Origin: Microcoleaceae cyanobacterium
GTDB taxonomy: Bacteria > Cyanobacteriota > Cyanobacteriia > Cyanobacteriales > Microcoleaceae
Direction of reading: 5' to 3'
Length of the DNA: 19,211 nt
Assembly: GCA_051652765.1 (NCBI GenBank)
Contig: JBOFUV010000114.1
Location: forward strand, 1 to 19,211
Part shown: piece after piece, positions 6,390 through 15,910 of the stretch
How positions within the stretch are numbered: position 1 is the stretch's first letter
How the letters are laid out: every line of letters begins with the position of its first letter
The notes under the pieces: model-generated
What the model saw: the letters and a program-made list of their open reading frames with translations, nothing else
Database searches by the model: none
What the model was told of the DNA's origin: nothing
Position numbers and translations under genes: made by a program

Positions 6390-7730
6390 TTAGTCAATCA
6401 TTGCTCCCGTGAGGCTGAATGGCCGCACTTCGGTTACTTTTACTTTCACCGATTGACCCTGCAATTCCGCCAGATTTCCAGAGAAAAAGGTTAAGCGATT
6501 TCCACGGGTTCGTCCCATCACTTGAGTTGAATCTTTAGGATTCGATCCTTCGACCAGAACTTCTTCGATACGTCCCTGATACCGTTGCGATCGCTCTGCT
6601 GCTTTCACCCCCACCAAATGATTCAGCCGCTGTAACCGATCTGCTTTAACGTCTTCCGACAATTGATTGTCCCACTGAGCCGCAGGAGTATTGGGACGGG
6701 GAGAATAAGCCGCCGTATTCAACAGGTCAAACCCGATCTCTTCCACCAAGTTCAACGTGTTTTGAAACTGTTCCTCCGTTTCTCCGGGAAACCCAACGAT
6801 CGCATCAGCACTAATTGAAGCGTCAGGTATGGATTGACGAATGGTCTGAATAATCCGGCGATACTTCTCATGGGTGTAGCCCCGAGACATTGCTTTGAGG
6901 ATTTGATTGTCCCCGGATTGAAAGGGAATGTGAAAATATTCGCAGACCTTAGGCAGCTCAGCACAGGCTTGAATCAGGCGTTCAGTAAAGTATCGAGGAT
7001 GGCTGGTGGCAAAGCGAATGCGTTCAATGCCAGGAACATCATGAATAAAATAAAGCAGATCTGTGAGGGTGTGTTGATGGCGACCTGTTGGGGTTGAACC
7101 GGGTAAATCCCGACCGTAGGCATCAATATTTTGGCCCAGTAGGGTGATTTCTGCATAACCCTGACGACCCAGTGCTTCGATTTCCGCCCGAATGGCCTCT
7201 GGGGTGCGAGATTGTTCAACCCCTCGCACATTCGGCACAACACAATAGGTACATCGCTCATTACAGCCATAGATTACATTCACCCAAGCCGTAATCTGAC
7301 TATCTCGTCGGGGCTTAGTGATATCTTCAACGATTTGAATCGGTTCAGTTGCTACGACTTGGCCGCCCCTAAAAACCTGTTCGAGTAATTCTTGCAGCCG
7401 ATTGGCATGTTGTGGCCCCATGACTAAATCGAGTTCGGGCACTCGGCGCAACAACGCCTCCCCTTCTTGTTGAGCAACGCAACCTGCGACAACCAGGGTT
7501 AAACCTGGATCTTGATGCTTGCGTTTAGCCTGCCTCCCCAAGTAAGAATAGACTTTTTGCTCGGCATTGTCGCGAATAGTACAGGTATTGTAAAGAATTA
7601 AATCAGCATTGTTGGGGTCTTCAGCCCAAAGAAAGCCCATTTCCTCTAAAATTCCGGCCATGCGCTCAGAGTCTGCCTTGTTCATCTGGCAGCCAAAGGT
7701 TGTAATGTGGTAGCGACGGGAAGTAGTCAT
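6390..7730 (-). CDS. miaB: tRNA-2-methylthio-N6-dimethylallyladenosine synthase MiaB
   Basis: [24 protein letters not shown], radical [11 protein letters not shown] motif, [15 protein letters not shown] and a C-terminal TRAM domain. Confidence 0.97.
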   Translation of the reverse strand: MTTSRRYHITTFGCQMNKADSERMAGILEEMGFLWAEDPNNADLILYNTCTIRDNAEQKVYSYLGRQAKRKHQDPGLTLVVAGCVAQQEGEALLRRVPELDLVMGPQHANRLQELLEQVFRGGQVVATEPIQIVEDITKPRRDSQITAWVNVIYGCNERCTYCVVPNVRGVEQSRTPEAIRAEIEALGRQGYAEITLLGQNIDAYGRDLPGSTPTGRHQHTLTDLLYFIHDVPGIERIRFATSHPRYFTERLIQACAELPKVCEYFHIPFQSGDNQILKAMSRGYTHEKYRRIIQTIRQSIPDASISADAIVGFPGETEEQFQNTLNLVEEIGFDLLNTAAYSPRPNTPAAQWDNQLSEDVKADRLQRLNHLVGVKAAERSQRYQGRIEEVLVEGSNPKDSTQVMGRTRGNRLTFFSGNLAELQGQSVKVKVTEVRPFSLTGAMID

Positions 7731-7932
7731 CAACAGTACAGTTTAAAAAAGAAAGTAAAAAAATTTGAATTTAGCAGGTCTTAAATTTCTGAGCAGTGAC
7801 CTTGCCTGGACGCAAAGCAATACTATAGAGATCAAACAGGATTGAAAGCATAGACTTAAACACTGAGATTCTTATTATAATTCAGGCAAATCGCTTTCGT
7901 TGGGCGATCGCCCCAACAATTAGGGATAACCG

Positions 7933-8109
7933 ATGTCAAAGTGGACAAAACGCGGGCTGATTTTCTTGCTGCTGCTTGGATCTTTAGTCGCAACCCAGCA
8001 ATATCTTTATCTTGAGCTAGGCGTGATGACGGGATTCTTGCTGGCCGTCCTTTCGAAAGGAATGCGCCGCACGACTTCCCGGCATCGATCCGAAACCTCT
8101 AAACCCTGA
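7933..8109 (+). CDS. Small putative membrane protein (58 aa)
   Basis: MSKWTKRGLIFLLLLGSLVATQQYLYLELGVMTGFLLAVLSKGMRRTTSRHRSETSKP: two hydrophobic segments flanked by basic residues. AGGGA upstream and TATAAT at 7876-7881. Below the ORF-track length cutoff. Confidence 0.55.
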   Translation: MSKWTKRGLIFLLLLGSLVATQQYLYLELGVMTGFLLAVLSKGMRRTTSRHRSETSKP

Positions 8110-8208
8110 ATAGGTTCAATGCTCCTTGATCCCGTCGTTATAAACGTCATCTAGGAATCTACAGAATTTTTGGCAAGGTCAGTTCTGGGAGTTCTGACAT
8201 CTACTGAC

Positions 8209-9117
8209 TTACTCATTTAAATTAGAGAGTTTCAGGAGCTCCGGTAACGTCACAAATCGGTAACCTTGAGTTCTTAACGTTTCGATAATCACGGGTAATG
8301 CTTCTACAGTACGACGACGGCTACCCCCACCGTCATGCATCAGGACAATGGCCCCCGGATGAGCTTCCCCAACCACGCGATTAACGAGGGTTGTCACCCC
8401 CGGTTGTTGATAATCTTTCGTGTCAATTGACCACATGACGACAACGTAATTTCTGGCTTTTGCGTACTCTACAGCGCCGTTATTGAGAATGCCACCAGGG
8501 GGGCGAAAGAGTCGCGTTTTTGCCCCTGTGAGTTGTTCAAGTTTGGCAGAGGTATTGTCAATTTCCGCTGCCGCCATTGCAGAACTTAAGGCATGGTAGG
8601 GATGGCTCCAGGTATGATTGCCAATGGCATGACCTTCCTGAACGACTTGTTGGGCAATTTCAGGATATTCGAGTAAATTTTGTCCTAACACAAAAAAAGT
8701 GGCTTTTACCTCCTGTTGTCGCAAGATCTCTAAAATCTTGAGGGTGTCTGGCCACGGGCCATCATCAAAGGTGAGGGCGATCGCCTTGTCACCAGAGACC
8801 TCATCCCCTTGATGAATGAGGGTTCCTTGGTATCGCTTGGGAATCTCAAAGCTCTGTCTCAATGGATCAGACTGAGGATCTCGCTTGAGTTTCTGGGGAA
8901 TATAAAGCTCAGGACTGCCAATGGGTGGAATTTCTGGCTCCCAAGTTGGCACGATCAGGCGAGGTTGAACAGGGGCAGAATTGGGGAGCGCTGGGTCTTC
9001 ACTTGCGAGGGTAGACATTGAGAGCGGTTGAAAGCTCAGCAGGGAGATTGACACGCCCCCTAAACCTCTGACAATCTGCTTCAAGAAAGATGGAAACTGG
9101 ACTGAACGATGCATCAT
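8209..9117 (-). CDS. Polysaccharide deacetylase (NodB/CE4 family) with N-terminal export or anchor segment
   Basis: IALTFDDGP, ATFFVLG, GNHTWSHP, FRPPGG and IVLMHDGGG CE4 motifs. Confidence 0.93.
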   Translation of the reverse strand: MMHRSVQFPSFLKQIVRGLGGVSISLLSFQPLSMSTLASEDPALPNSAPVQPRLIVPTWEPEIPPIGSPELYIPQKLKRDPQSDPLRQSFEIPKRYQGTLIHQGDEVSGDKAIALTFDDGPWPDTLKILEILRQQEVKATFFVLGQNLLEYPEIAQQVVQEGHAIGNHTWSHPYHALSSAMAAAEIDNTSAKLEQLTGAKTRLFRPPGGILNNGAVEYAKARNYVVVMWSIDTKDYQQPGVTTLVNRVVGEAHPGAIVLMHDGGGSRRRTVEALPVIIETLRTQGYRFVTLPELLKLSNLNE

Positions 9118-9251
9118 TCCTGAAAAATAAGAAATTCTTACTCCAGTCTATTGAATCTATTTTTCATCGTCACTGCTTTGACCGAAGTTCAAATGCAGAC
9201 ATTCAGCGATGGGCTCAGGGATCAAAAAACCTGATTTAGACCTAGAAGTAG

Positions 9252-11867
9252 TTAAGAAAACTGGCTCGAATTTGAGTACAGTCCTTCTGCAACTACGGTG
9301 TAGACTCCATCCCACTCCTCGAGGGGAGGCGTTTCGAGGTAGGCTTGCGATCGCTCCAAATAAAGCTGAGTGACGCGATCCTGAGGGCGAAGAGCTTGAG
9401 CCTTTAGAAACTGCTGAATCGCACTGTAAAAATCTTGAGACAGATAGGCAGCCCTAGCCAGATCATATTGTTCTAAAAAGGCTTCAGTGTCTGGGGCCAA
9501 GGGTATGGCTTTAGCCTCCACTAGCTCATAAATATTCACGGCCTGCTGTTTGCCCCGCACCCGAACTTTATCGAGTTCCCGCACCCAAATTTGTTCAGGA
9601 CAGAGGGCATAGGTCATTTCGCTCAAGATAATGTCACATCGATAGAGTTTCGTTAATTGCTCTAGGCGAGAACTTAAATTGACACTATCGCCAATGACCG
9701 TATAGTCCATGCGTTTTTGTGAGCCAATATTCCCACAGACGACTTCCCCCGAACTCATGCCAATCCCAATCCGAATTTGAGGATGGAGACAGGCTTGATT
9801 GAGCTGTTGATTAAACACTTGTAGGCGTTGGCGCATTTCTAGGGCTGATTGAACGGCTAGCCAGCCATGATTTTTTTGCAGGGCCAAAGGTGCTCCGAAG
9901 ACAGCCATCAGGGCATCGCCAATAAATTTATCCAGGGTGCCTTCGTGGGCAAAGACTGCCTCAACCATGGTTTCAAAATATTGGTTTAACATCTGCACCA
10001 CTTCGGCGGCTTCTAAGTTCTCAGTAATCGTGGTGTAGCCTCGAATATCAGAGAACAAGATGGTAACCTCTTTCCGTTCGCCCTCCATCAGCGCGTCTTC
10101 CCCTAGGGCCATGACTTGTTCTGCAACTCCAGGAGTCATATAGCGGTACATCGTGGTTTTCATCCGCTTTTCGAGGCTGATGTCTTCTAACACAACCAGT
10201 CCTCCTCGGACTCCTCCTTCTGGATTGGTCAGAGGATTAATCGTCAAGTTGATACTGCGTTCAATCCGTTGTACCTCGGATTTCTGAAAGGTACTAGGAG
10301 GTGTTTGAGTCTGGTCAGTTAAGCCCCAAGAGCGATAAATCTCTGGATTAGTTCGATCGGGAATCACCAAGATCGACGTTTTCTGACCCGAAGCAACGGT
10401 CTCAGGCCCTTGTGGTTGGGTCACCAACCCAACCACAAGGGTCTGCTCAGGCACATAGTGGCGAGCAGCATACTGGAGACTGTCTTCTAAGCGCCAGCGC
10501 AAACTCTCAATCGGTACAACATCCCAAACCGAGCGCCCAATCAGCCGTTCCTCCCAGTATTGATACATTGGGTGAACGGGGTGATCCCCTTCCGAGTCTC
10601 GAGAACAGCCCAATAGCTCCAGGGCGGCATCGTTAATCGTGACAATTCTTCCCTGTAAATCCGTCGAAATTACCACATCAGACAGGCTTTGCAAAATATC
10701 TTTCTGATACTGTTTTTCAACCATGACACTTTCAAACAGTTGGGCATTTTGCAATGCCATGCCCGCTTGAGCATTAAAGGCGCGCAGAAACGCTTCGTCT
10801 GATTGAGTAAAGCTGCCCTTATGCTTATTAATCAGTTGAGTCACTCCAATCAGTTGTCCAGCAGGATTGTAGACAGGCATACACAAGATGTTGCGGGTTT
10901 GATATCCAGTCCGTTGGTCAATGGTTGGGTCAAACCGGGGGTCAATGTAGGCATCGGTAATATTTAACATTTGGCCTGTGGAAGCCACATAACCCACAAT
11001 GCCTCGGTTTGCAGGAATCCGAATTTCCATCATGGTTCTGCCATCTGCCTTGGCGAGTTTTGTCCACAATTCTTGAGTTTCCCGATTCAGCAAAAACAGG
11101 GTGCTGCGATCTGCCTGCATTAACTGTCTGGCTTGCTCCATCACGGACAACAAAGTCACTTCCAAGTCTAAACTTTGACCCAGAATCGTTGTGGCTTGCA
11201 ACAATGCCGCCACCCCTCGTTGATTCCGAGCTGCGACATAGAAAGATTGGCAACTTTCTAAAATAATCCCAATCGAGTCGCCAAAGGTACTAAATTGTTG
11301 TTCATCCTCAAGGGTAAAGGTTTGGTTTCCAGCTTTATTCAGGAGTCGAATCACCGCCACAATCTTTTGAGGATCTTGACTGCTAAAAATGGGAATACAG
11401 AGAATACTCCGAGCGTCATAATTGGGGGGTTCATCGACCTCCGGATTGAACAAATCACTCTTTTGAGCATCTGCAATATTCAGTGCTTGTCCAGAGAGGG
11501 CGACCTGACCGATAATCCCAACCCCAAGCGGGAGGCGAACCTCTTGAATTTCATCAGTTCCGTCTCGGACTGTTTTGTACCAAAGCTGCCGTCTCTCATG
11601 ATTGATCAGAAAGATGGTCGTACGATCCGCTTCTAAAATCTGGCCAACTTTTAGGGTAAAGGCATCCAGAAGTTGCTCTAGTAAAGTTTCTAAAGCCTCA
11701 TTGTTAATCAGATCAAGGGCATGAAGAGATTGCTGAAACTCAGCCGTGATGAAGTCTAAAATGCAGACAAACTCAGTGATCGGCAGATTTTTGACCTGTT
11801 CTGCCAGTAAACCAATCCGATCAGCTTGAGCAAGGGTAGCAAGGATACTACCAATAGGAGGAGCCAT
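9252..11867 (-). CDS. cyaB1: Adenylate cyclase, GAF-GAF-PAS-class III cyclase (CyaB1 type)
   Basis: N-terminus EFVCILDFITAEFQQ resembles Anabaena CyaB1. Two GAF NKFDE motifs (LNK...F..EDE; INK...F...DE), PAS segment (VISTDLQGRIVTINDAA), catalytic FSDIRGYT, DKFIGDALMA and DYTVIGDSVNLSSRLE. Confidence 0.92.
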   Translation of the reverse strand: MAPPIGSILATLAQADRIGLLAEQVKNLPITEFVCILDFITAEFQQSLHALDLINNEALETLLEQLLDAFTLKVGQILEADRTTIFLINHERRQLWYKTVRDGTDEIQEVRLPLGVGIIGQVALSGQALNIADAQKSDLFNPEVDEPPNYDARSILCIPIFSSQDPQKIVAVIRLLNKAGNQTFTLEDEQQFSTFGDSIGIILESCQSFYVAARNQRGVAALLQATTILGQSLDLEVTLLSVMEQARQLMQADRSTLFLLNRETQELWTKLAKADGRTMMEIRIPANRGIVGYVASTGQMLNITDAYIDPRFDPTIDQRTGYQTRNILCMPVYNPAGQLIGVTQLINKHKGSFTQSDEAFLRAFNAQAGMALQNAQLFESVMVEKQYQKDILQSLSDVVISTDLQGRIVTINDAALELLGCSRDSEGDHPVHPMYQYWEERLIGRSVWDVVPIESLRWRLEDSLQYAARHYVPEQTLVVGLVTQPQGPETVASGQKTSILVIPDRTNPEIYRSWGLTDQTQTPPSTFQKSEVQRIERSINLTINPLTNPEGGVRGGLVVLEDISLEKRMKTTMYRYMTPGVAEQVMALGEDALMEGERKEVTILFSDIRGYTTITENLEAAEVVQMLNQYFETMVEAVFAHEGTLDKFIGDALMAVFGAPLALQKNHGWLAVQSALEMRQRLQVFNQQLNQACLHPQIRIGIGMSSGEVVCGNIGSQKRMDYTVIGDSVNLSSRLEQLTKLYRCDIILSEMTYALCPEQIWVRELDKVRVRGKQQAVNIYELVEAKAIPLAPDTEAFLEQYDLARAAYLSQDFYSAIQQFLKAQALRPQDRVTQLYLERSQAYLETPPLEEWDGVYTVVAEGLYSNSSQFS

Positions 11868-12015
11868 TGTATGAGCTTACGAGGATGAAGGAGGTTGAAG
11901 TGACTCATGCAAGCATAAGCCTTAAATTTTAGACGTTACAACCTAGTTCGTCAAAGTTTTTCACGATAGTTCATTTCCCCTACATTAACTATTATGAAGC
12001 TGTTACGAGGAAATG

Positions 12016-13149
12016 TTACGCAGCTGTCGGCAGGGAACGTTGGTTGAGCTGAGTTTGATAGTATTGTCGTAACTGTGCTGTTGCCGCAGTCCAGCCCCAA
12101 CGCTCTGCTTCTTTGCGAGCACTCTGCCGCAGGGTTTCTCGTTCTTCCGGTTGGGAGAACAATTGCTGAGTCGCACGGATTGCTCCTTGGGGCTCTGCCG
12201 GATCAAACAGATAGCCATTGACACCATCCGTAACAATATCTGGAATTCCCCCAGAACGGGCCGCAACGACTGGAGTCCCGGCTGCCATTGCTTCTAACAG
12301 CACTAACCCCAAAGTTTCTGTCCGAGACGGAAAGATGAACGCATCGGCTGAAGCATAGGCCGCTGCCAAATCCAGTCCCTTCAGATAGCCAACAAAGTGA
12401 GTTGGGGTGCCGACAAAGTGTTGTTCGAGGGCTTGCCGATGGGGGCCATCTCCCACTAACGCCAGTCGAGCATTGGGGATTGCTTCTAGTACAAACTTAA
12501 TTTGGTCAATTTCCTTCTCGGCCCCTAACCGTCCGACATACAGCAACAACGGGCTGTCAGGATGGCCTTGACTCAGGCGATCGCGCATTTCTGCACTTGC
12601 AAAGTGAGGTTGAAACATTTCGGTATCCACGCCCCGCTGCCACAGATCGACCCGTTCAATCCCATGACTCTGAAGTTCTTCTACCATTGCCGTTGAGGTG
12701 CAGAGGTTCAAATCTGCCTGATTATGGGCTGAGCGCAACAACCCCCAGAGAACCTCTTCCAACATGCCCAAGCCATAGTGATGTAGATATTGGGGCAAGT
12801 GGGTGTGGTAAGACGCAACCAGGGGCAAATTAAACTTCTTGGCATAGTACAGTCCCCCCACGCCCAACACCGCTGGATTGGCGACATGCACCAGATCAGG
12901 CTGAAATGCCTCAAGCTGACTGCCAATCCGAGGGTGAGGAATGGCAACTTTCAGCTCAGGGTACAAGGGTAAAGGAAATCCTTCCACCCCGTAAATTTTG
13001 CAACCCTTGTACTCTTGTAATCCACCCTCGGGACAAATGATTAAAACTTCATCTCCTGCTCGGTGAAGCTGTTCTACTGTGTGACGCAGCCGAGTTACAA
13101 TCCCGTCAATCTTAGGCAAAAAGGTTTCTGTAAACAGCGCAATTCGCAT
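12016..13149 (-). CDS. sqdX: Sulfoquinovosyldiacylglycerol synthase (GT4 glycosyltransferase)
   Basis: MRIALFTETFLPKIDGIVTRL, ASYHTHLPQY, WQRGVDTE and PSRTETLGLVLLEAMAAG are characteristic of cyanobacterial SqdX. Confidence 0.88.
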   Translation of the reverse strand: MRIALFTETFLPKIDGIVTRLRHTVEQLHRAGDEVLIICPEGGLQEYKGCKIYGVEGFPLPLYPELKVAIPHPRIGSQLEAFQPDLVHVANPAVLGVGGLYYAKKFNLPLVASYHTHLPQYLHHYGLGMLEEVLWGLLRSAHNQADLNLCTSTAMVEELQSHGIERVDLWQRGVDTEMFQPHFASAEMRDRLSQGHPDSPLLLYVGRLGAEKEIDQIKFVLEAIPNARLALVGDGPHRQALEQHFVGTPTHFVGYLKGLDLAAAYASADAFIFPSRTETLGLVLLEAMAAGTPVVAARSGGIPDIVTDGVNGYLFDPAEPQGAIRATQQLFSQPEERETLRQSARKEAERWGWTAATAQLRQYYQTQLNQRSLPTAA

Positions 13150-13319
13150 ACCGCAGTCAGTTTGGAATAAAAAATCTTGTCACCCCATCATCTCAGAATT
13201 TGAGGTCAGGTTAACACTTTTTCCCAGGAATGAACTGGTCTTGGCCGCTCTGGTTTTGATAAGCTCTTGATCATCTAGAGTTCTACATCAGGACTGGCGA
13301 GATTATCTCAGTCTCTATG

Positions 13320-13345
13320 CAGAAATCTTTAACAGAAATCTTTAA
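13320..13345 (+). repeat. 13-bp perfect tandem repeat in the divergent sqdX/SDR intergenic region
   Basis: CAGAAATCTTTAA x2. Confidence 0.8.
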
Positions 13346-13403
13346 TAGATTGACATCTGGTTTTGTTTCGGGTTTTGACTTTAAATTGGATTGAAGACTT
13401 TTT

Positions 13404-14210
13404 ATGATGATTGATTTAACTGGAAAAGTAGTTTTAGTTACTGGGGGCAGTCAGGGCATTGGCGCAGCGACAGTCAGAACCTTGCATCACATCGGGGCAA
13501 AGGTGATTTTGCACTATGGGAAAAACCAGAAGAAAGCCGCCGCCATAGCACAGGAACTAGGTCAGACCTCCTGCCATCTTGTCCAAGCAGACTTAACCCA
13601 GGAAAATACAGCAATTGAGCTATGGAAAAACGCAGTTTCGTGGCAGGGGAAAATCGATGTGATTGTCAATAATGCTGGGATGATCTCTCCTACCAGCCTA
13701 GAAGATGACTGGAAAACGTGGCATCACACCTGGCAACAAACTCTACAGGTGAATTTAATCGCAGTTGCTGATTTGTGTCGAGCAGCAATTCAGCACTTTC
13801 AAGATCAGAATATTCAACAACAGAAGATGCAACAACAGAATATTCAATCACAACAGGGCGGAATTATTATTAACATTGCCAGTCGTGCAGCCTTTCGGGG
13901 GGATCAGCCAGATTTCATGCATTATGCGGCCTCAAAAGGCGGGGTGATTTCCCTAACTCGCAGTATTGCTAGAGGATTCGCTAAAGACAATATTTTGGCC
14001 TACGCGATCGCCCCCGGTTTTGTCCGCACAGAAAGGATTGAAGCCTTGATCCAGACTTATGGAGAAGCTGTTCTGACCCAGGACATACCCTTAGGGAAAA
14101 TAGCTGCACCGGAAGATGTAGCAAATGTCGTCGCATTTCTAGCCTCTGGTTTAGCGCCCCACGCAACGGGAACAACCATTGATATCAACGGCGCATCCTA
14201 CGTTCGTTAA
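13404..14210 (+). CDS. SDR family oxidoreductase
   Basis: TGGSQGIG, VNNAG, catalytic YAASK and IAPGFVRT motifs. Confidence 0.93.
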   Translation: MMIDLTGKVVLVTGGSQGIGAATVRTLHHIGAKVILHYGKNQKKAAAIAQELGQTSCHLVQADLTQENTAIELWKNAVSWQGKIDVIVNNAGMISPTSLEDDWKTWHHTWQQTLQVNLIAVADLCRAAIQHFQDQNIQQQKMQQQNIQSQQGGIIINIASRAAFRGDQPDFMHYAASKGGVISLTRSIARGFAKDNILAYAIAPGFVRTERIEALIQTYGEAVLTQDIPLGKIAAPEDVANVVAFLASGLAPHATGTTIDINGASYVR

Positions 14211-14313
14211 AACTTGCCATCTTGTCGCTTTTCCAAGTAGTAAAACTCTGTTCTACTACTCGACTACAACAGGTGTGATATTTTCTAACTTCTGTGAAGC
14301 AGAGGTTTCAGGG

Positions 14314-14733
14314 TCAACTTTGACAGCGATCGCACACTCCTTGAACAATGACTTCATAGCTCTCTGCCCGAAGTCCCGGACGAAGATTAGTCAAATTCAG
14401 GTGCTGGAAGGTGTCCCAGGCAATATCTTCAATTGCACCACAGCATTTGCAGCGAAAATGATGATGACAACTCATGTTGGCATCGTAGCGAGAGACTCCT
14501 TCTTCTAGTAAGACCTCTCGAACCAAACCTACGTCTCGCAGGGCTTGTAGCGTAGTATAAATTGTGGCCTGGGAAGAGACGGGATGCTCTTGGTTGAGCA
14601 CCGTCAAAATTTGTTCCGCCGTTGGGTGTTCAATACAGGAGCGCAAATAGGAATAGACCGCAAATCGCTGAGGGGTAACTCGCAACCCCTTTGACTTTAA
14701 AACCTGAACGATTTTATCTGCCTGTTGATGCAT
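14314..14733 (-). CDS. perR: Fur family peroxide-responsive regulator PerR
   Basis: GLRVTPQR, HPTAE, SQATIY, HHHF, CKCC and CDRC motifs. Divergent from a type II peroxiredoxin, as in Synechocystis slr1738/sll1621. Confidence 0.85.
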   Translation of the reverse strand: MHQQADKIVQVLKSKGLRVTPQRFAVYSYLRSCIEHPTAEQILTVLNQEHPVSSQATIYTTLQALRDVGLVREVLLEEGVSRYDANMSCHHHFRCKCCGAIEDIAWDTFQHLNLTNLRPGLRAESYEVIVQGVCDRCQS

Positions 14734-14861
14734 GGCTATAGATACAACTCTCGATACCTTAAATAATTTTTGACCTATACTATAGCACTTTTACCAGAAG
14801 ATTTCTCAAGACAGAAAAGGCTGTATTTTTGAGTATTTATAACTATTGATAAATTCTTAAG

Positions 14862-14876
14862 TCAGAATTATTCTGA
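14862..14876. promoter_or_regulatory. Putative PerR box (7-1-7 palindrome)
   Basis: TCAGAAT-T-ATTCTGA, similar to the TTATAATnATTATAA PerR consensus, 60 nt upstream of the peroxiredoxin ATG. Confidence 0.7.
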
Positions 14877-14936
14877 GTTGCATCAGTGAAAGCTGAATCT
14901 CAGTAAACTCCTAGATGATTCATTCAAGAGGTTAGT

Positions 14937-15503
14937 ATGGTTGAGAATGTTCCTAATGTTGTGTTCAAGACCCGTGTTCGAGATGAGTCCATTTCTGGGC
15001 CTAATCCTTACCGTTGGCAGGATGTAACCACTCAGGAGATTTTTGGCGGCAAGCGCGTTGTTTTGTTTGCACTACCTGGTGCATTTACACCAACTTGTTC
15101 CTCAACTCACCTCCCTCGCTACGAAGAACTGTACGATGAATTCAAAGCTCAAGGAATTGAGGCAATCGTTTGTCTATCGGTTAATGATGCATTTGTCATG
15201 TTCCAGTGGGGCAAGCAGCAAGGGGCAAAGAATGTATTCTTGTTGCCGGATGGCAATGGTGAGTTCAGCCGCAAAATGGGCATGTTGGTTGAGAAGTCCA
15301 ATCTTGGCTTTGGAATGCGGTCTTGGCGCTATTCCATGGTTGTGAATGATGGCAAGATTGAGAAAATGTTTATTGAAGATGAGTTCGGTGACAATTGCCC
15401 AATAGACCCCTTCGCCGTTTCTGATGCAGATACAGTTCTGGCTTACCTCAAGGGTACCCAACCTCCGGTAGAAGCTGCACCTCGTAAAGAGTTTGTTGGC
15501 TAA
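14937..15503 (+). CDS. Type II peroxiredoxin (Prx5-like)
   Basis: [33 protein letters not shown] and [11 protein letters not shown] motifs. Confidence 0.95.
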   Translation: MVENVPNVVFKTRVRDESISGPNPYRWQDVTTQEIFGGKRVVLFALPGAFTPTCSSTHLPRYEELYDEFKAQGIEAIVCLSVNDAFVMFQWGKQQGAKNVFLLPDGNGEFSRKMGMLVEKSNLGFGMRSWRYSMVVNDGKIEKMFIEDEFGDNCPIDPFAVSDADTVLAYLKGTQPPVEAAPRKEFVG

Positions 15504-15555
15504 TTGTCGGGTTACTGATTGGGAAGTCCTTTGATCCCGTTTCAAATAGTTGCTT

Positions 15556-15586
15556 AGGGTGAGCATCCACTCACCCTGTATTTTTT
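15556..15586 (+). terminator. Rho-independent terminator downstream of the peroxiredoxin
   Basis: AGGGTGAG-catcca-CTCACCCT followed by gtaTTTTTT. Confidence 0.7.
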
Positions 15587-15673
15587 GGGGTTGCTGAAAG
15601 AGTAATAGTCTATTTTGGTAGAGGAACTGTCCGATACTGCAAAATCTCGACTGACTTTGAGTAGCACAAACTC

Positions 15674-15724
15674 TTGCGGCACTACTTGACGGAGCGAAGC
15701 TCTATGTGCCAACTAGTGCCGCAA
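15674..15724. repeat. Intergenic inverted repeat (REP/MITE-like hairpin)
   Basis: TTGCGGCACTA (15674-15684) and TAGTGCCGCAA (15714-15724) form a perfect 11-bp stem with a nested GAGC-GAA-GCTC hairpin. Confidence 0.6.
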
Positions 15725-15910
15725 CCGTATTCTCTCCCTCTACTCTGGTCATGTAGGTCTTACTCACAATCTGGTCTGCCTCCTCGATGAATATCGGATA
15801 CACCTTTCATTTGGTTCTCTATGTATTTTGGGCTCTATCGCCTGAATGATGAAATTCAGAAACGATAGAGCTGTATTTTGTTAGATAGCCGATGACGAAG
15901 CTGAGAGAGT

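Noticed and set aside
12016..13149. sqdX without an adjacent sqdB
   Set aside because: The two genes are unlinked in some cyanobacteria such as Synechocystis, so this is not unusual.
14314..15503. perR-peroxiredoxin divergon as a novel system
   Set aside because: Already described in Synechocystis (slr1738/sll1621).
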